A program made the translations under genes and the position numbers. Source: Felis catus (taxonomy: Eukaryota). From it: a stretch of DNA of 64,000 nt. The stretch lies in NCBI RefSeq assembly GCF_018350175.1, contig NC_058380.1:4278001-4342000 (forward strand). Direction: 5' to 3'. The notes below the pieces were generated by a model. That model was not told the origin of the DNA, did no database searches, and saw only the letters and a program-made list of their open reading frames with translations. This document shows, one piece after another, positions 23,811 through 38,585 of this stretch (position 1 is its first letter; every line of letters begins with the position of its first letter).

Positions 23811-25099
23811 GAATATGAGAGATTTGTGTAGAACAGTATCAATAATCATATTAAAAGTAAACAGTCTGAATATTCCAACTGAAGGCAGTCATTGTGATGG
23901 ATGGAAAAGCAGGACCCCACAATATGCTGCCTACCAGGAATGCATTTTAAGTAAAAAGACATAAATGCTTATGAATAAAAAGACAGGAAAGGACAGATTA
24001 GGCCGACACCAAACCAAAGTAAACTGGAGTAGTTACATAAACACCAGGCATAGTCCAATTCACAACAAAACGTATCGCCAGGGATAAAAAGGATTATTTT
24101 AAGATAATATAGAGAGCAATCCATCATAAGACATGACAAAACTAAATATTTCCAAACTTAGTAACAGAGTCTCAAAATACTTGAAGCAAATACTAATGGA
24201 ACTGAAAAGAGAAACAGAAAAATTCACAATTATAGTTCATTCACATTTACAGAATGTTCTGCCAAACAACAGAACATAAAGTCTGGTAAGAAAAATTAAC
24301 CACCTAAGGAAATAGTTAGATGGTATTCATGGGTCTGAGGAGACAATAAAGCCAAGGTCAAATCTCTACAAATTAACCTATAAATCGAATACAATGTTAA
24401 CCCAAAAGTCCCAGCAGGATCTTTTTCTAGAAATTGGCCTGCTGATTCATATGGAAATGCAAAGGATCTAGAATGGGCAAAACAACTTTGACAAACAAAG
24501 AAGGGGACTAAAAATACCTATTTTTAAGATTTATTTTAATGCTACAGTAATCAAGATAGTACGGAATCGGTACCAAGATAGACAAACAGAGTAAGAGAAC
24601 TGAAAAGAGCCCAGAAAGAAACATACACAGAGCGGACTTCTCACCTTTGACAAAGGTGCAAAGGCAAATCAGAGGAAAAGGACGTTCTTTTCAACAAATC
24701 CTGCTGGAGTAACCGGACGTCTATCAGTCCATACTTCACACCATCCACAAAAACTGACTGAAAATGGATCATATGTCTAACTGTAAACCAAAACTATAGA
24801 AGTTCTAGAACGAAACAGAAGAAAACCATCTGTGACTTTGGTTTAGGGAGAGATTTCATTGACACACCACCAAAATCACAAACCATGAAAGGAAAAGTCG
24901 ATAAACTGAACTTATCAAAATTAAAATCTGTTCTTCGAAAGACCTGCTAAGAGACTAAAAAGTCAACTCACAGATGGAAAAAAATATTTGCAAAGCATCG
25001 ACTGGATAAAGGACTCGTATCTGTAATACTACGAAGAAAACACAGTAATAATTTAAACCCCAGTAAAAAATGACCCAATTAAAAACAGGTAGAAGATCC

Positions 25100-25290
25100 A
25101 GGGACGCCTGGGTGGCTCAGTCAGTTTAGCGTCTGACTCTTGGTTTCAGCTCAGGTCATGATCTCATGGTTCGCTGACAGTGCGGAGCCTGCTTGCTTGA
25201 GATTCTCTCTCTCCCCCCTCTCTCTCTGCCCCTCCCCCACTCGCCCGCTCGCTATCTCTCTCTCTCTCTCTCTGTCTCAAACTTTTTAAA
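25100..25290 (+). mobile_element. Can-SINE
   Basis: gggacgcctgggtggctcag head and (CT)n tract. Confidence 0.92.
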
Positions 25291-26129
25291 AAATGGGTAA
25301 AGGATTTGTACAAATACATCCCCCAAAAAGAGACAGAGCTAGATGGCAAGTAAGCACATGAAAAGATGCTCAACATCGTGAGACACCAGGGAAACGACAT
25401 CCACAACAAGCCCACGCCAAGCCTCGGTGCGGACGCAGAAGAAAAGAGAACTCTCGTTACCGCTGGTGGGAATTCTCAGAGGTGCTGGTCACGCAGTAAC
25501 AACAGAAACAGGCACTTATCATATAGAGCCATTCCGCTCGTAAGCACTTACCCAAGGTAGCTGGAAGCATATGCCCGCACAAGCTGCGACGCAAACACGC
25601 ACAGTGGCTGTACTGATAAGACCCCCGAGCTGGAAATACTCCAAGTGTCTACCCACGTGAACAGCTTAGCAAACTGTGGTACACCCAGCCACTGCAGTAT
25701 CATTCAGCAAGAAGAAGGAATTAAGTATTAGAACTCACTACAAAACGATAGCAAAATAATTACGCTGAATGTAAAAAGCGAGCAAAGATTACATAGCATA
25801 TAACATTTCTGCAGGATTCCAGAAAATGAAAATTGACCTGTAGTGACAGACAGTGTGGTTCGGTGGCTGCGCGAAGAAACTTTAGGGGGTGATAGAGCTA
25901 TAGATGTATTCATCATCCTGGCTGTTTATGGTTCCACGGGTGTCCACACGTCAAAGCTTACCAAGTTTTCTTGCTAGAAACACATGCAGTATATTGTACA
26001 CCGATTATAACGTAGAGCTGCTGAAGGTATCTTAGAAAGAAGAAAAATTACAGCAAATCAGCACCGAGAACAACACAGACCATAATAAAGTGAGTGTGGG
26101 TCCAGCCAACGTGCCAGCCAGCGTCTGAC

Positions 26130-26330
26130 GCACACAGAATCTCCTCACCTGTTCTCTCCGCGGCCACGCGGTACAGACGTCATCACCTTCATTCCACAAC
26201 AGAAGAAACTGAGAAGCAACGTTCAAAAAGAAACGTGCCTAATGAAACACAATGCAGTGAGGGAGGTGGGGTTCGAGCCCAAAGACGCTCAGCCCAGGGC
26301 TTCTCCCTTGAACTACGACTCTGCCTACAG
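26130..26330 (-). mobile_element. MIR
   Basis: cattccacaacagaagaaactgagaagca...ggggttcgagcccaa. Confidence 0.6.
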
Positions 26331-26557
26331 GCAGGGACAGCTGCTCATCAGCCATTCAACCATGAGCACCGCCGCTGAGTGGATAAAAGTGGGTGTAAGT
26401 GAAAAGAATATAATCGGACTCTACCGCCTGCTCAGGGACATGCACGGAGGGTGCCTGAATGCTCCACACCTTCTATTCCACTTTATGGGCATTACAGCTT
26501 TAAAAACTAGTCACCAGAATGAGTGTTTGGTGAAAAGCAAATTCAGGCTTTTTTTGT

Positions 26558-26785
26558 ATTTAAAAAAAAATTTTTTTTAATGTTTATTTATTCTTGAAAG
26601 AGAGAGAGAGAGACAGAACACAAGTGGGGGAGGGGCAGAGAGAGAGGGAGACACGGAATCTGAAGCAGGCTCCAGGCTCCGAGCTGTCAGCACAGAGCCC
26701 GACACCGGGCTCGAACCCACGAAGTGTGAGATCATGACCTGAGCCGAAGTCTGACGCTCAACTGACTGAGCCACTTAGGCACCCC
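26558..26785 (-). mobile_element. Can-SINE (SINEC_Fc-like)
   Basis: Full antisense copy. Confidence 0.95.
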
Positions 26786-26790
26786 AGTTG

Positions 26791-26818
26791 TTTTTTTTCT
26801 ACTGTTTATTTATGTATT

Positions 26819-26862
<44 letters not shown>

Positions 26863-27030
26863 CAGACAGTGTGGGGGAGGGGCAGAGAGAGAGGGAAAGA
26901 GAACCACAGGCAGGCTCCGCGTTGCCAGCACAGAGCCCGATGTGGGCCTCAAACTCACCAATCTGTGGGATCATGACCTGAGCCGAAATCAAGAGTCAGA
27001 TGCTTAACTGACTGAGCCACCCAGGCACCC
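26791..27030 (-). mobile_element. Can-SINE, tandem with the previous copy
   Basis: Full antisense copy with a long (GA)n tract. Confidence 0.95.
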
Positions 27031-27699
27031 TCACCTTCATTCTTAAAGGGCATTTTCTCCAAATACAGAATTCTGGGTTGACAATTCCTTCCTTTCAGCA
27101 CTTCAGTGATGCTGTTCCACTGACTTCTGGACTGCATTGTTCTGATGAGAAATCTAGTTCATTCAAATCACTGGTTCCCTATAAATAATGTGCCATTTTC
27201 CTCTGACTTTCCAGGGTATTTTTTGTGGGTCGGTTGGTTTTTGGTCGGTGGTTTTAAGTGGCTTATCAATGTGTCTGGTCAGGGATCTCTTGCGGCTTAT
27301 CTTGAGTGGGTTCGGGCACTTCTTAAATCCTTGTTTATGTCTCAGCAAATTTACGAAGTCTTCAGCCATTATTTCTTTAAACATTTTTCTTCTGAACCAC
27401 AGTTTCTCCTTTCCTTTCAGACTCCTTGTGACACAAGTGTTAAACCCTTCAGTACTATCCTATAGGTTCCTGAGGTTCCTGAGGTTCAGGTCGTACAGAC
27501 AAGGCTTTTTCGTTTCTGATACTCAGACGAAATACTTCCTACTGAGCCATCTTCAAGTTCATCTCTCCTTCTTCTGTCATCTCTACCTTGTATTCAGTCC
27601 ATCCAGGGTGCTTCCTATTTTGGCTAATGTACTTTTCGGCCCTTTTCTTTCTTTTCTGAAACTTGCCATATTTCCATTTGCTCATGCGGTGCAAGGCCT

Positions 27700-28541
27700 A
27701 CAATAAAGGCCCAGTAGCGTGTGCTTCCTAATATCTAGGGAAACCAGGTGAACCACAACGGCCTGACCACAGGCTCCCCTCCCCACTCTGTTCCCATGGG
27801 TTAATCCCCTAGACAAACAACTCTCCCCATCAAACAGACCAGGCATGATTCCTACTTATCCCTGGGGGGGTGGGTTCCAGTTCCCTGCCAGACCATGGAA
27901 TCATTCAAACATCAGGGAGCCTGGGTGGCTCAGTCAGTACAGCATGTGATACTTAAGCTCAGGGTCATGAGTTTAAGCCCCACGTTGGGCATGGAGCCTA
28001 CTTTNNNNNNNNNNNNNNNNNNNNNNNNNNNNNNNNNNNNNNNNNNNNNNNNNNNNNNNNNNNNNNNNNNNNNNNNNNNNNNNNNNNNNNNNNNNNNNNN
28101 NNNNNNNNNNNNNNNNNNNNNNNNNNNNNNNNNNNNNNNNNNNNNNNNNNNNNNNNNNNNNNNNNNNNNNNNNNNNNNNNNNNNNNNNNNNNNNNNNNNN
28201 NNNNNNNNNNNNNNNNNNNNNNNNNNNNNNNNNNNNNNNNNNNNNNNNNNNCAAGCCCATCACATCCTCCCATGGGACCCAGGGGACAGCCCACCCTCCT
28301 GTCCCTACACAGCCTGCCTCTCCCAGACATGCTGGATCACTCTGCTCCAGATCACACCCTCTTCGTGGCCCTGCGGGGTGCGTGCAGTGTCCCCCTACCC
28401 TGGCACGGGGAGCAGATGTGACTGAGGAACTGCTGTCGATCACATCTGTCTGGGGCCAGGTGTCAGGCGTCCGTCATCCCCAGAAACCTAGAACAGGAAT
28501 CCCTCCTGCATCAACCAGGTGAACAGCAGGAGACTGAGACA
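27700..28541 (+). mobile_element. ERVL-type solo LTR (MER54/MER74-like), containing a SINE and a gap
   Basis: The 3' end ctgctgtcgatcacatctgtc...catccccagaaacctagaacaggaatccctcc...ggtgaacagcaggagactgagaca resembles the MER54/74 terminus. Confidence 0.65.
27915..28004 (+). mobile_element. Older Can-SINE head (truncated by gap)
   Basis: gggagcctgggtggctcagtc...gccccacgttgggcatggagcctactt. Confidence 0.88.
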
Positions 28542-29339
28542 GTTCACCCTTACTTCCCGGAGCATTTCTGCAGTAACTGCTTTTACATCCTTCTCCGAAA
28601 ATTCTAGCTCCCGTCATCTTAGATGGCCACCTGTTGAATGTCTTCTCCCATGCAAGTTGAGACTTCGGGTTCTTCACATGCTGAGTAATTCTGGCCTGGA
28701 CGTTTTTGTTTCAGCACTGAGTCAACGCTAAATGTTTCCAGACTGCACATTCCAAACTCCTGTGGACTGTGATTTCGGTGTTGCCGTGTTTGCGAGGACT
28801 TTGGCCAGTTTCAGATCTGGGCAGTGGCCCAACTCCTGGTTCAAATTCTCAGTATCTGGTCTGCTGTTTAGCATCAGAGACACACAGGCACAGTCCAGGG
28901 GTAAGTCGGGACTTGACAAACGACTTCACGGGATCCCCTCCTGAGGTCCTCTCTCTCAACCATCTCCTGGTGCTTTCTGGTACCCTGCACCCCCCTCTTT
29001 GGGACCGCCGTCCAGAACACTGGGGTTGTATTTACCTTTCACTTCCAACAACTACACGTACGTCCAAGGCCAAACACAGACAGGCAGACAAAAGACAGGC
29101 AGCGGGAACTTGCCCCACCCCCTTGAGACAACAGCTCTTGTGACTGAGGAAGGTTCTCTTCCCTCACAATTCCCGGTATTTGGGGTCCTGGAGGCCACCA
29201 TGCTCACTACCAGGACACTGGTCTCCCGTTTCCCAAGCCTGAACTAGAGGGATTCTCCTGGAGTTCTCTCTGGCTGTGCCAACGTCCATTTCTGGGTTTT
29301 TTTTTTAGACCGGGGCAGTGGATGCCAGGAAAAAACTCA

Positions 29340-30260
29340 ATTCACACTTTTATTTTCAGCCCAGACCACTCTCCTAAACTCCCCATTTGCACAACCAACT
29401 GCTTCATTAATACCGCACTTGGACGTTTAATGATTATTTTTAACCAAACAATATTCCTCACTGTCTCTTCTGAACCTTCTCTTTCTACAGCTTTCCACAT
29501 CTCAGCTGAAGGGGACTCCTTCACAGTCACTCTAGCCAGAATCCTTACGGTTCCTTCTTCATACTCCTCATCCGATCGGCCGGGAGATTCTCCAAATCGG
29601 AGCATGCAGACCACCGCAGTATCCTAGTCCCGGCCCCATAGCCTGTACCCAAACCACAGCTCCGGCCTCACACCTGGCCCCAGCGATGTGGACTCCCAAC
29701 ATAGTGCCCAGACAAATCTCTAAACGCCTAAGCGCGTGCCTCTCTGCTGATCAGCTGCTGCGGGCCCTTCTCACTCAGGGTGAAAGCGGGGACGGCTCCG
29801 TGTGGGCCCCGCGCTGCGTCTCTGTCGCGGTCCCGTCACTCTCCCCCATCTGCTGGCTGCAATGACACGATCCCCTGTCACTCTCCTCCCGTCTGCTGGC
29901 TGCAGTGACGGGGGAAGGTTGTGGGCGCTCCCGTCCCTGCCCTGTACCCCGTGTGTCTTTGTCTGAAACGCTCTTCCTCCTCTCTGTACGACTGACTGCC
30001 CCAATTCCTGGCAGTCTGATCTCCAACGTTACCTTCTCGGTCAGGCCTCTCCTGACCCCCTATTTCAAAGTGCAAGCCCCCACCCCTGTTTCTTCCTCTA
30101 CAGCACCTGCGCTCCCGCCTAGTTCACGACCGACTGCCCGCCCGCCGCCCCTCTGCTGGAGTAGCACCCACCCGGCACGGCGATCTCTCCTTGTGCGCTC
30201 AGTGCCTGACCAGCGCGCAGCCCAACAAGTATGTGCTGTGGTGAGTGGAAGAACAGCCCC
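29340..30260 (+). mobile_element. L2 fragments
   Basis: cagcccagaccactctcctaaactcc...ccacatctcagctgaagggga and a degraded L2 tail. Confidence 0.65.
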
Positions 30261-31299
30261 GAGCACAAGCCTGTGAGCGAAGCACACAGCGGGAGGGCAG
30301 AGGGCTAGGGAAGGGCTGAGGACCCCCTCGCAGGCCTCTACACTGACGATCACAGCTGACAGAATCCACGCCCGCTTCTCCAACTCACAGCTCCCGGCCG
30401 TGAACTGCCTTATTCCTGCTCGACTCCAACAATCTTCTAACAGGGCAGCTAGGACACTTGCACATCTTGGCTTCCCTGCCAGATTTCAGACGGAGAACTC
30501 GAAGGGAGCGCTGCTGAGTCACAGACACACGTATGCTTCTTCCACGGCGACCCAAAATGGTCTGTCAACAGCGTAAAGTCAACTTCCAAAACACTGTAAT
30601 TAGAAGTGGTCACTGAATTACATTTTAAAGTAAAAAGAAATGAGCCTCTGCGGCCTAAGAAGCGTGTTAATAAACGTACTTGACTTCGGAGAGCAGAAGG
30701 GAGTGCCGGCCTGTGCAGAGGTCAGCTGGGAAGCGGTCCACTTCACGACACGGGTGAATGTGTCATTTATGTGTGTCATTACATGAGCCTCTTAAGAAAA
30801 ACAGTCTTATTTTTGTTGTTACGCTTTTCTCCCTCCTGAAATAGTATGACCTTCTTAATCAGATTTGGCCCAGAAAGGTCTTTTGCTATTTATGAAAATC
30901 AAATTCACCCTCATAGGATAAAGATGACTCACCACGGAGGATATTCGGAAGAATAAGCTCACATTCTGATGTAAACTCCGAGAGGATTTCAACAAAGGTT
31001 ACAAACAAAACTTTCCAAAATGACTACGGTGCTCAGGACAACACGCACGCAGGATCTAAAAATCCGCATTACTTCACAGACACACCTTAAATACGGTTCC
31101 TGGTAACCATGCCAAGAGACTGCCTTACTGGGAAACACAGCTTGCGGCCAGGCGACCAGTGATGTCCTCTACCCCTCGCCTGTTCCCAGGACTACTGAGT
31201 GCTCTAATTTCCTTCTCTCTTTTTTAATGTAGGGAATGGTCAATGCCAGTAGGAATTATTAAGCATTCTTTTCCTGAAAAGTTTCTAAGAAAAGAACGT

Positions 31300-31508
31300 T
31301 AGTCACCATGTGAACCAAACGATCAAAATTACTGTCACCCAAAGTGGGATAACCCAGTATCAAGTGCCATCAAATAAAATGAAAATGAAAAGCAGAGCAT
31401 GGCCCGTTGAGTATTCTTGGCAAAATATTTTAACCTAGATCTAAAGTTGAGGAAATGACTCAGTCAAATCCAGAATGTGCAAATGTCAGTAACATAATCT
31501 GCCTAAAT

Positions 31509-31541
<33 letters not shown>

Positions 31542-31680
31542 GTTATAAAAAACAAAGAAATGGAAGACTTGTCTAGATTTAAAAAACAAAACCACCCCCG
31601 CCCCCCCCCACCCCCGCCAATATATCCAACCAAATGCAACAGGTTTGACATTTAACTGGATCCTGAATTGAAAAAGCAAA
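31300..31680 (+). mobile_element. L1MC4/5-like 3' fragment containing an A27 run
   Basis: gtattcttggcaaaatattttaacctagatctaa...caaatccagaatgtg...aactggatcctgaattgaaaaa. Confidence 0.6.
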
Positions 31681-31684
31681 GCCA

Positions 31685-31915
31685 GGGGCCCCTGGGTGGC
31701 TCAGTCAGTTAAGCATCCGACTTTGGCTCAGGTCATGATCTCACGGTTTGTGAGTTTGAGCGCCGCGTCGGGCTCTGTGCTGACAGCTCGGAGCCTGGAG
31801 CCTGCTTCCGATTCTGTGTCTCCCTCTCTCTCTGCTCTTCCCCCCTCATGCTCTGTCTCTCTGTCTCTCTCTCTCAAAAAATAAATAAAATGTTAAAAAA
31901 TAAAACAAAATAAAA
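31685..31915 (+). mobile_element. Can-SINE (SINEC_Fc-like)
   Basis: Full SINE structure. Confidence 0.95.
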
Positions 31916-32592
31916 CACGAATCAAAAATAGGCATGATGTAGGGAGCTTTAGTGACCGTAACGCGAACGCACAAGTGAACCAGTGCCTGCATCTGTTTCA
32001 CGTGAACGTGAACGTGGCCGCCGTGGAGTTCTATGCTACACGGGCCATGCGATGCTGCACAGCCTTACAAGCCGAGCTACCAACCTGAAAGCTTCATTAT
32101 ATTAAGCAACTGAAATACATTCCCTCAGACTCAGGAGAAAAGAAAGAGACAGAAAGCTATCCTTTATAAACAGACAAGAAAATCTTCAAGCATTCTGACT
32201 TTTATGCCACACAAATTCATTTAATAAAAATTTTAGAAATACTTGTAACCATGAGGATACACAGTCCAAATCAAATCAAATTAGCAACAAGTGGGTCCTA
32301 ATTCACGGGCCCCGACTGAGGAGGAGCCTAAGGAACTTGGGTGTGCCGGGAAAAAAACGCTCCTTTCTGACCCTCAAAAGACACAGATGTGTGTGAGTGC
32401 CGACGGAAGGCACCAATGCCACGGTGATCAGGCTTCCTGGGTCTAACCCATCCCAAGGGTGCTCTGGTGCAACCGTTCGACCTTCTTGGGGTCTGAACAC
32501 AAAATATTTCCTCTCCAAGACACGACAGATAGAAAGGACGTTACCGAGTTCACCTTCCTCCCACCCTCTAACCAAAACATCAGACACCACCG

Positions 32593-32997
32593 TGTTGGTC
32601 TATAGGTGCTGCTGTAACAAACGATCACAAACTCGCTGGCTTCTAACCACAGAAACGGTCTTCCCTCACAGCTCTAGGGGACAGGAGTCTACATCCAGGC
32701 GCTGGCCTCCTCCGGACAGCTTGGAGGAAGGACATCCCGGCGTCCCGTGGCAGCCAGCGGTCCTGGGCTTTCTGCCCTCACAGGCGCCTCCCTCCCACCT
32801 CTGTCTCCAGGCGGCCCTCCCGCTCTCCTCTCTCTTCTCTTCTTGTAAGGACACTTGTTAGTGGTTTTTAGGTTCATTCAGATAATCCAGACCGAGGTCA
32901 TCTCAAGATCCTTGTCTGCAAAGACCCCTTTTCCAAATAAGGTCACATTCACAGGTCCCACGCTGACCTGTCTCTGGGGGGTCGCCGCTCCCCTATA
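32593..32997 (-). mobile_element. MLT1C/D-like MaLR solo LTR
   Basis: gctgctgtaacaaa..cacaaactcgctggctt..cacagaaa...cttgtaaggacacttg...ctgcaaagaccccttttccaaataaggtcacattcacaggt. Confidence 0.85.
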
Positions 32998-33694
32998 GTT
33001 ACTATCTTTCTAGGGCTGGTTGGAGCCTAGTTAGCAATAAATGCATGCTTCTTAAAAGAACTTTAGAAACATATCATAGCATCCTTTCTCTAAATCTTTT
33101 ATTTCCAGTATTAGTTATCTGATAATTCTTTTCAATTGGATCCATTTCCATATAAATCCTTTTGTGAGTGTTTTCATTAGTCACTGTGGAAAAGACTGGC
33201 CTGGTGGAACAGGTAGGTATTTAAATGCTACAAGAATAGCATTTTCATGGGTTACCGAGGTGGAAACCTTCTAGTGAGTCTGACACATTGACCTACTGGT
33301 CACCACTTTCACTGAATTGTGTTTTAATTCCTACTTATATACCTAATCAGTATACTCTTACACGCATAAGGTTAAACACACAGTTTTCATCTATTCAGGT
33401 ACAAACATGACTACTCAAACGATGCTTTTAATTTTTACACCGTTACTGTTATCTCATTCACATACTGCTAAATCACCAACACGCACATCTCAAATGAGGT
33501 CTACATTCTCAGAGAGCGACTTCACGAGACAGGAACAGCTCCAAGTTCTCTCATCAGACAAAAGAACCAAAATTTCCAATTTACTGGGTGATGCGAGATT
33601 TCATTATCATTGTCGGAAAAATTACTTTCTTCAGTGAGTCTTCCAAAAGAAGCAGTTCACCTATCTTTTTCTGCAGTGACAGGAGAAACACCTT

Positions 33695-33892
33695 GGGGAG
33701 CCTGGGTGGCTCAGGCAGTTAAGCGTCCGACTCTTAAGCGTTCGGCTCAGGTCGTGATCTCACGGTTCGTGAGATGCGGCCCCGCGTCGGGCTCTGTGCT
33801 AAGCACGGAGGCTGCTTGGGATTCTCTCTCCCTCTCTCTCCCCCACTCTCTCGCTCTCTACCTCTCAAAATAAATAAACTTTACAAAAAAAG
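33695..33892 (+). mobile_element. Can-SINE, about 470 nt downstream of AUH exon 6 and antisense to the gene
   Basis: SINE head with a small internal taagcgt duplication, (CT)n tract, A tail. Confidence 0.94.
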
Positions 33893-34361
33893 AAGAAACA
33901 CCTCAGCTCCAAATTCAGGCCATCCACTGACCCCAACCTTTGCCCTGCTGCAGGGAAACTCAGAAAAGCTGGCACGAAGCCTGGGTATCCCCGCCGCCCC
34001 TCCGACGGGGTCTGTGCGGGCACCTCTCTGAGGGCACGTACGTTCATATACCCACACGAAGTTTCAAATTATCAGTGCAATCTCCAAGACTAATGTGACC
34101 GATGCAATAATTGAAAAATTAAGAAACTGTACAGAAAAGCACGGGAGACCCCGCAAGCAGACAGCAACGGCCAACACACCCACCATCTTCCCGTCTACCT
34201 AAGCTGAAAGAGCACATGGCGAACGGGGACTTCGCTACAAAAGCAAACGGTACGGTACAGCGTTAGTCCCTTTATCCAAAATGTTGCCTCTTCAATTAAC
34301 GTATTTTGGCCTTATGCCCTGTTGTTGAGAAGAAATCAAGATGGGTGTGAACAATTCATAC

Positions 34362-34418
34362 CTCCACCGGGAATAATTGCCAACTTTGTTTCAACCAAGC
34401 CCATTTTCGCAGAGGAAG
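34362..34418 (-). CDS. AUH: AUH internal coding exon (equivalent to human exon 6), 57 nt, phase 1/1
   Basis: Minus strand reads ttttcttccttccttttcAG|ct tcc tct gcg aaa atg ggc ttg gtt gaa aca aag ttg gca att att ccc ggt gga g|GTatga. This gives (A)SSAKMGLVETKLAIIPGG(G), in frame with the upstream exon and matching AUH. Confidence 0.97.
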
Positions 34419-36147
<1,729 letters not shown>

Positions 36148-36511
36148 TTACTCGTTTTTAACTGGGATACTGTCCAGAGAACTTTGCATCCCTTTTGCCT
36201 TTAACAAAAGAGTCATTTCCCTCATCATGGTTCTTCAAAACCATGCACTGACGTAGAGAGTTCCACCATATAGATATGCACTAATATCTTAACTCCTCCC
36301 ATACTACAGAAATACTTTCCTAAATACTTGTTGTCGAATTAACACAGTCACAGTTCTGGCTGTAATCTTAGAGCCTGGAGTCTTTTATGAGATGCTCGGT
36401 TCATACACACTCCTATTCGAAATGACTTAGGTGTGACTGCGAAATTTCTAATCCTTCAAGAACTACCCCGGTACTCAGAATGACAGTCTCATTCAGCAGT
36501 AACATGCCTCT

Positions 36512-38585
36512 CCATTCAAATCGGCCAGGAGGAAGTCAAACTCTCACTCTTCGCAGACAGCATGATACTCTACGTGGAAAACCCAAAAGACTCCACCAAA
36601 AAACTGTCAGAACTGATAGACGGATTCAATAAAGTCGCAGGATATAAAATCAAAAAAGTACATAAATCTGTGGGATTTCTATACACCAATAACGAAGAAG
36701 CAAAAAAAGAGAAATCAAGGAATCGATCCCATTTACAAGTGCACCGAAAACCATAAAATACCTAGGAATAAACCCAACCAAAGGTGTAAAAGATCTGTAC
36801 TCTGAAAACTACAGAAAGCTAATGAAAGAAACTGAAGAAGACACAAAGAAATGGAAAAACATTCCACGCTCACAGACTGGAAGAACAAATATCGTTAAAA
36901 TGTCGATACTTCCCCAAGCAATCTACATATTCAATGCAATCCCTATCAAAACGACACCAGCAGTCTTCAGAGAGCTAGAACAAACAATTCTAAAACTAGT
37001 ATGGAACCAGAAAAGACTATGAAGAGCCAAAGTAATGTTAAAACAGAAAACCAAAGCTAGTGGCATCACAATCCCAGACTTCCGGCTGTATTACAAAGCC
37101 GTAATCATCAAGACAGTATGGTACTGGCACAAAAACAGACACTCAGATCAATGGAACAAAATAGAGAACCCAGAAATGGACCCACAGATGCATGGCCAAC
37201 TAATCTTTGTCAAAGCAGGAAAGAATGCCCAACAGAAAAAAAGATGGTCTCTTCAGCAAATGGTGTTGGGAAACTGCACAGTAACACGCAGAAGAATGAA
37301 TCTAGACCAATGTCTTACACCATACACAAAAATAAACTGAAAGTGGATGGAAGACCTAAACGTAAGACAGGAAACCATCAAAATCCTCAAGGAGAAAGCA
37401 GGCAAAAACCTCTTTGCCCTTGGCCGCAGCAACTTCTTGCTAGACATGTCTCCAGAGGTAAGGGAAACCAAAGCAAAAATGAATCATTGGGCCCTCATCA
37501 AGATACAAACCTTCTGCATGGTGAAGGAAACAATCAACAAAACTAAAAGGCAACTGACGAATGGGAAAAGATACCTGCAAATGACATTATCAGATAAAGG
37601 GTTAGTTTCCAAAATCTATGAAAAACTTATCAAACTCCACACCCAAAAGGAAAGATTCCAGTGAAGAATTGGACAAAAGACATGAATAGACACTTTTTAA
37701 AAGAAGATATCCAGATGACTANNNNNNNNNNNNNNNNNNNNNNNNNNNNNNNNNNNNNNNNNNNNNNNNNNNNNNNNNNNNNNNNNNNNNNNNNNNNNNN
37801 NNNNNNNNNNNNNNNNNNNNNNNNNNNNNNNNNNNNNNNNNNNNNNNNNNNNNNNNNNNNNNNNNNNNNNNNNNNNNNNNNNNNNNNNNNNNNTTGATGT
37901 GAATGCAAACTGGTGCAGCCGCTCTGGAAGACAGTGTGGAGGTTCCTCAAAAAATTAAAAATAGAACTATCCTATGACCCAGCAATAGCACTGCTAGGGA
38001 TTTACCCAAAGGATACAAAAATGTTGATTCAAAGGGGCACATACACCCCAATGTTTATAGCAGCACTGTTTCCAAAGCATGGAAAGAGCCCAAATGTTCA
38101 TCAACTGATGAATGGATATTAAATAAGATGTGGTGTGTATATGTATATATACATACACACACACACATACACAATGTATATTACACACACATACATACAT
38201 ACACAACGGAATATTACTCAGCGATCAAAAAGAATGAAATCTTGCCATCTGCAATAACGTGGATGGAACTAGAGTGTATTATGCCAAGTGAAGGAAGTCA
38301 GAGAAAGATAAATATATGATTTCACTCATGTGTGGAATTTAAGAAACTAAACAGCTGAACATAAGGGAAGGGGAGGAAAAATAAAAAGAAAGAAGGAGGC
38401 AAACCATAAGAGACTCTTAAACACAGAGAACAAACTGAGGGTTGCTGGAGGGAGGGTGGGGGGATGGGCATCACTTGTGACGAGCACTGGGTTCTGTATG
38501 TAAGCAATGAATCACTAAGTTACATTTCTGAAATCATTATTACACTATGTCAACTAGCTTGGATTTAAGTAAAATTTTAAAAATA
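36512..38585 (+). mobile_element. 5'-truncated carnivore LINE-1 (ORF2 RT to 3'UTR), relatively young but disrupted
   Basis: Frames give [44 protein letters not shown] and QPLWKTVWRFLKKLK, followed by a carnivore L1 3'UTR. Confidence 0.96.

Larger units (their letters stand above)
22350..26015 (+). mobile_element. Fragmented old LINE-1 (L1MC/MD-like): 5' piece, ORF1 end, ORF2 pieces, 3'UTR
   Basis: ORF2 start-like aataatcatattaaaagtaaacagtctgaat at about 23840, L1 C-terminal region at 24330-25700, and an old 3'UTR to about 26015. Confidence 0.8.
27031..29310 (-). mobile_element. Old L1M ORF1/5' region, interrupted by an LTR
   Basis: Minus-strand translation fragments such as FKEIMAEDF and LKGRNCQPRILYLEKMPFKNEGE are L1 ORF1-like. 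Confidence 0.75.
1..34361 (-). other. AUH: Part of the long AUH intron after exon 6
   Basis: I found no exon encoding the next AUH segment (GTQRLPRAIG...). The sequence is repeat-dominated. Confidence 0.8.

Noticed and set aside
26058-26078. REST/NRSE-like motif atcagcaccgagaacaacaca
   Set aside because: The right half-site has several mismatches at key positions.
36562-38122. Reverse-transcriptase-like ORFs as an active or domesticated gene
   Set aside because: This is a 5'-truncated L1 ORF2 with several frameshifts and stops, and the catalytic FADD motif is changed to FADS.
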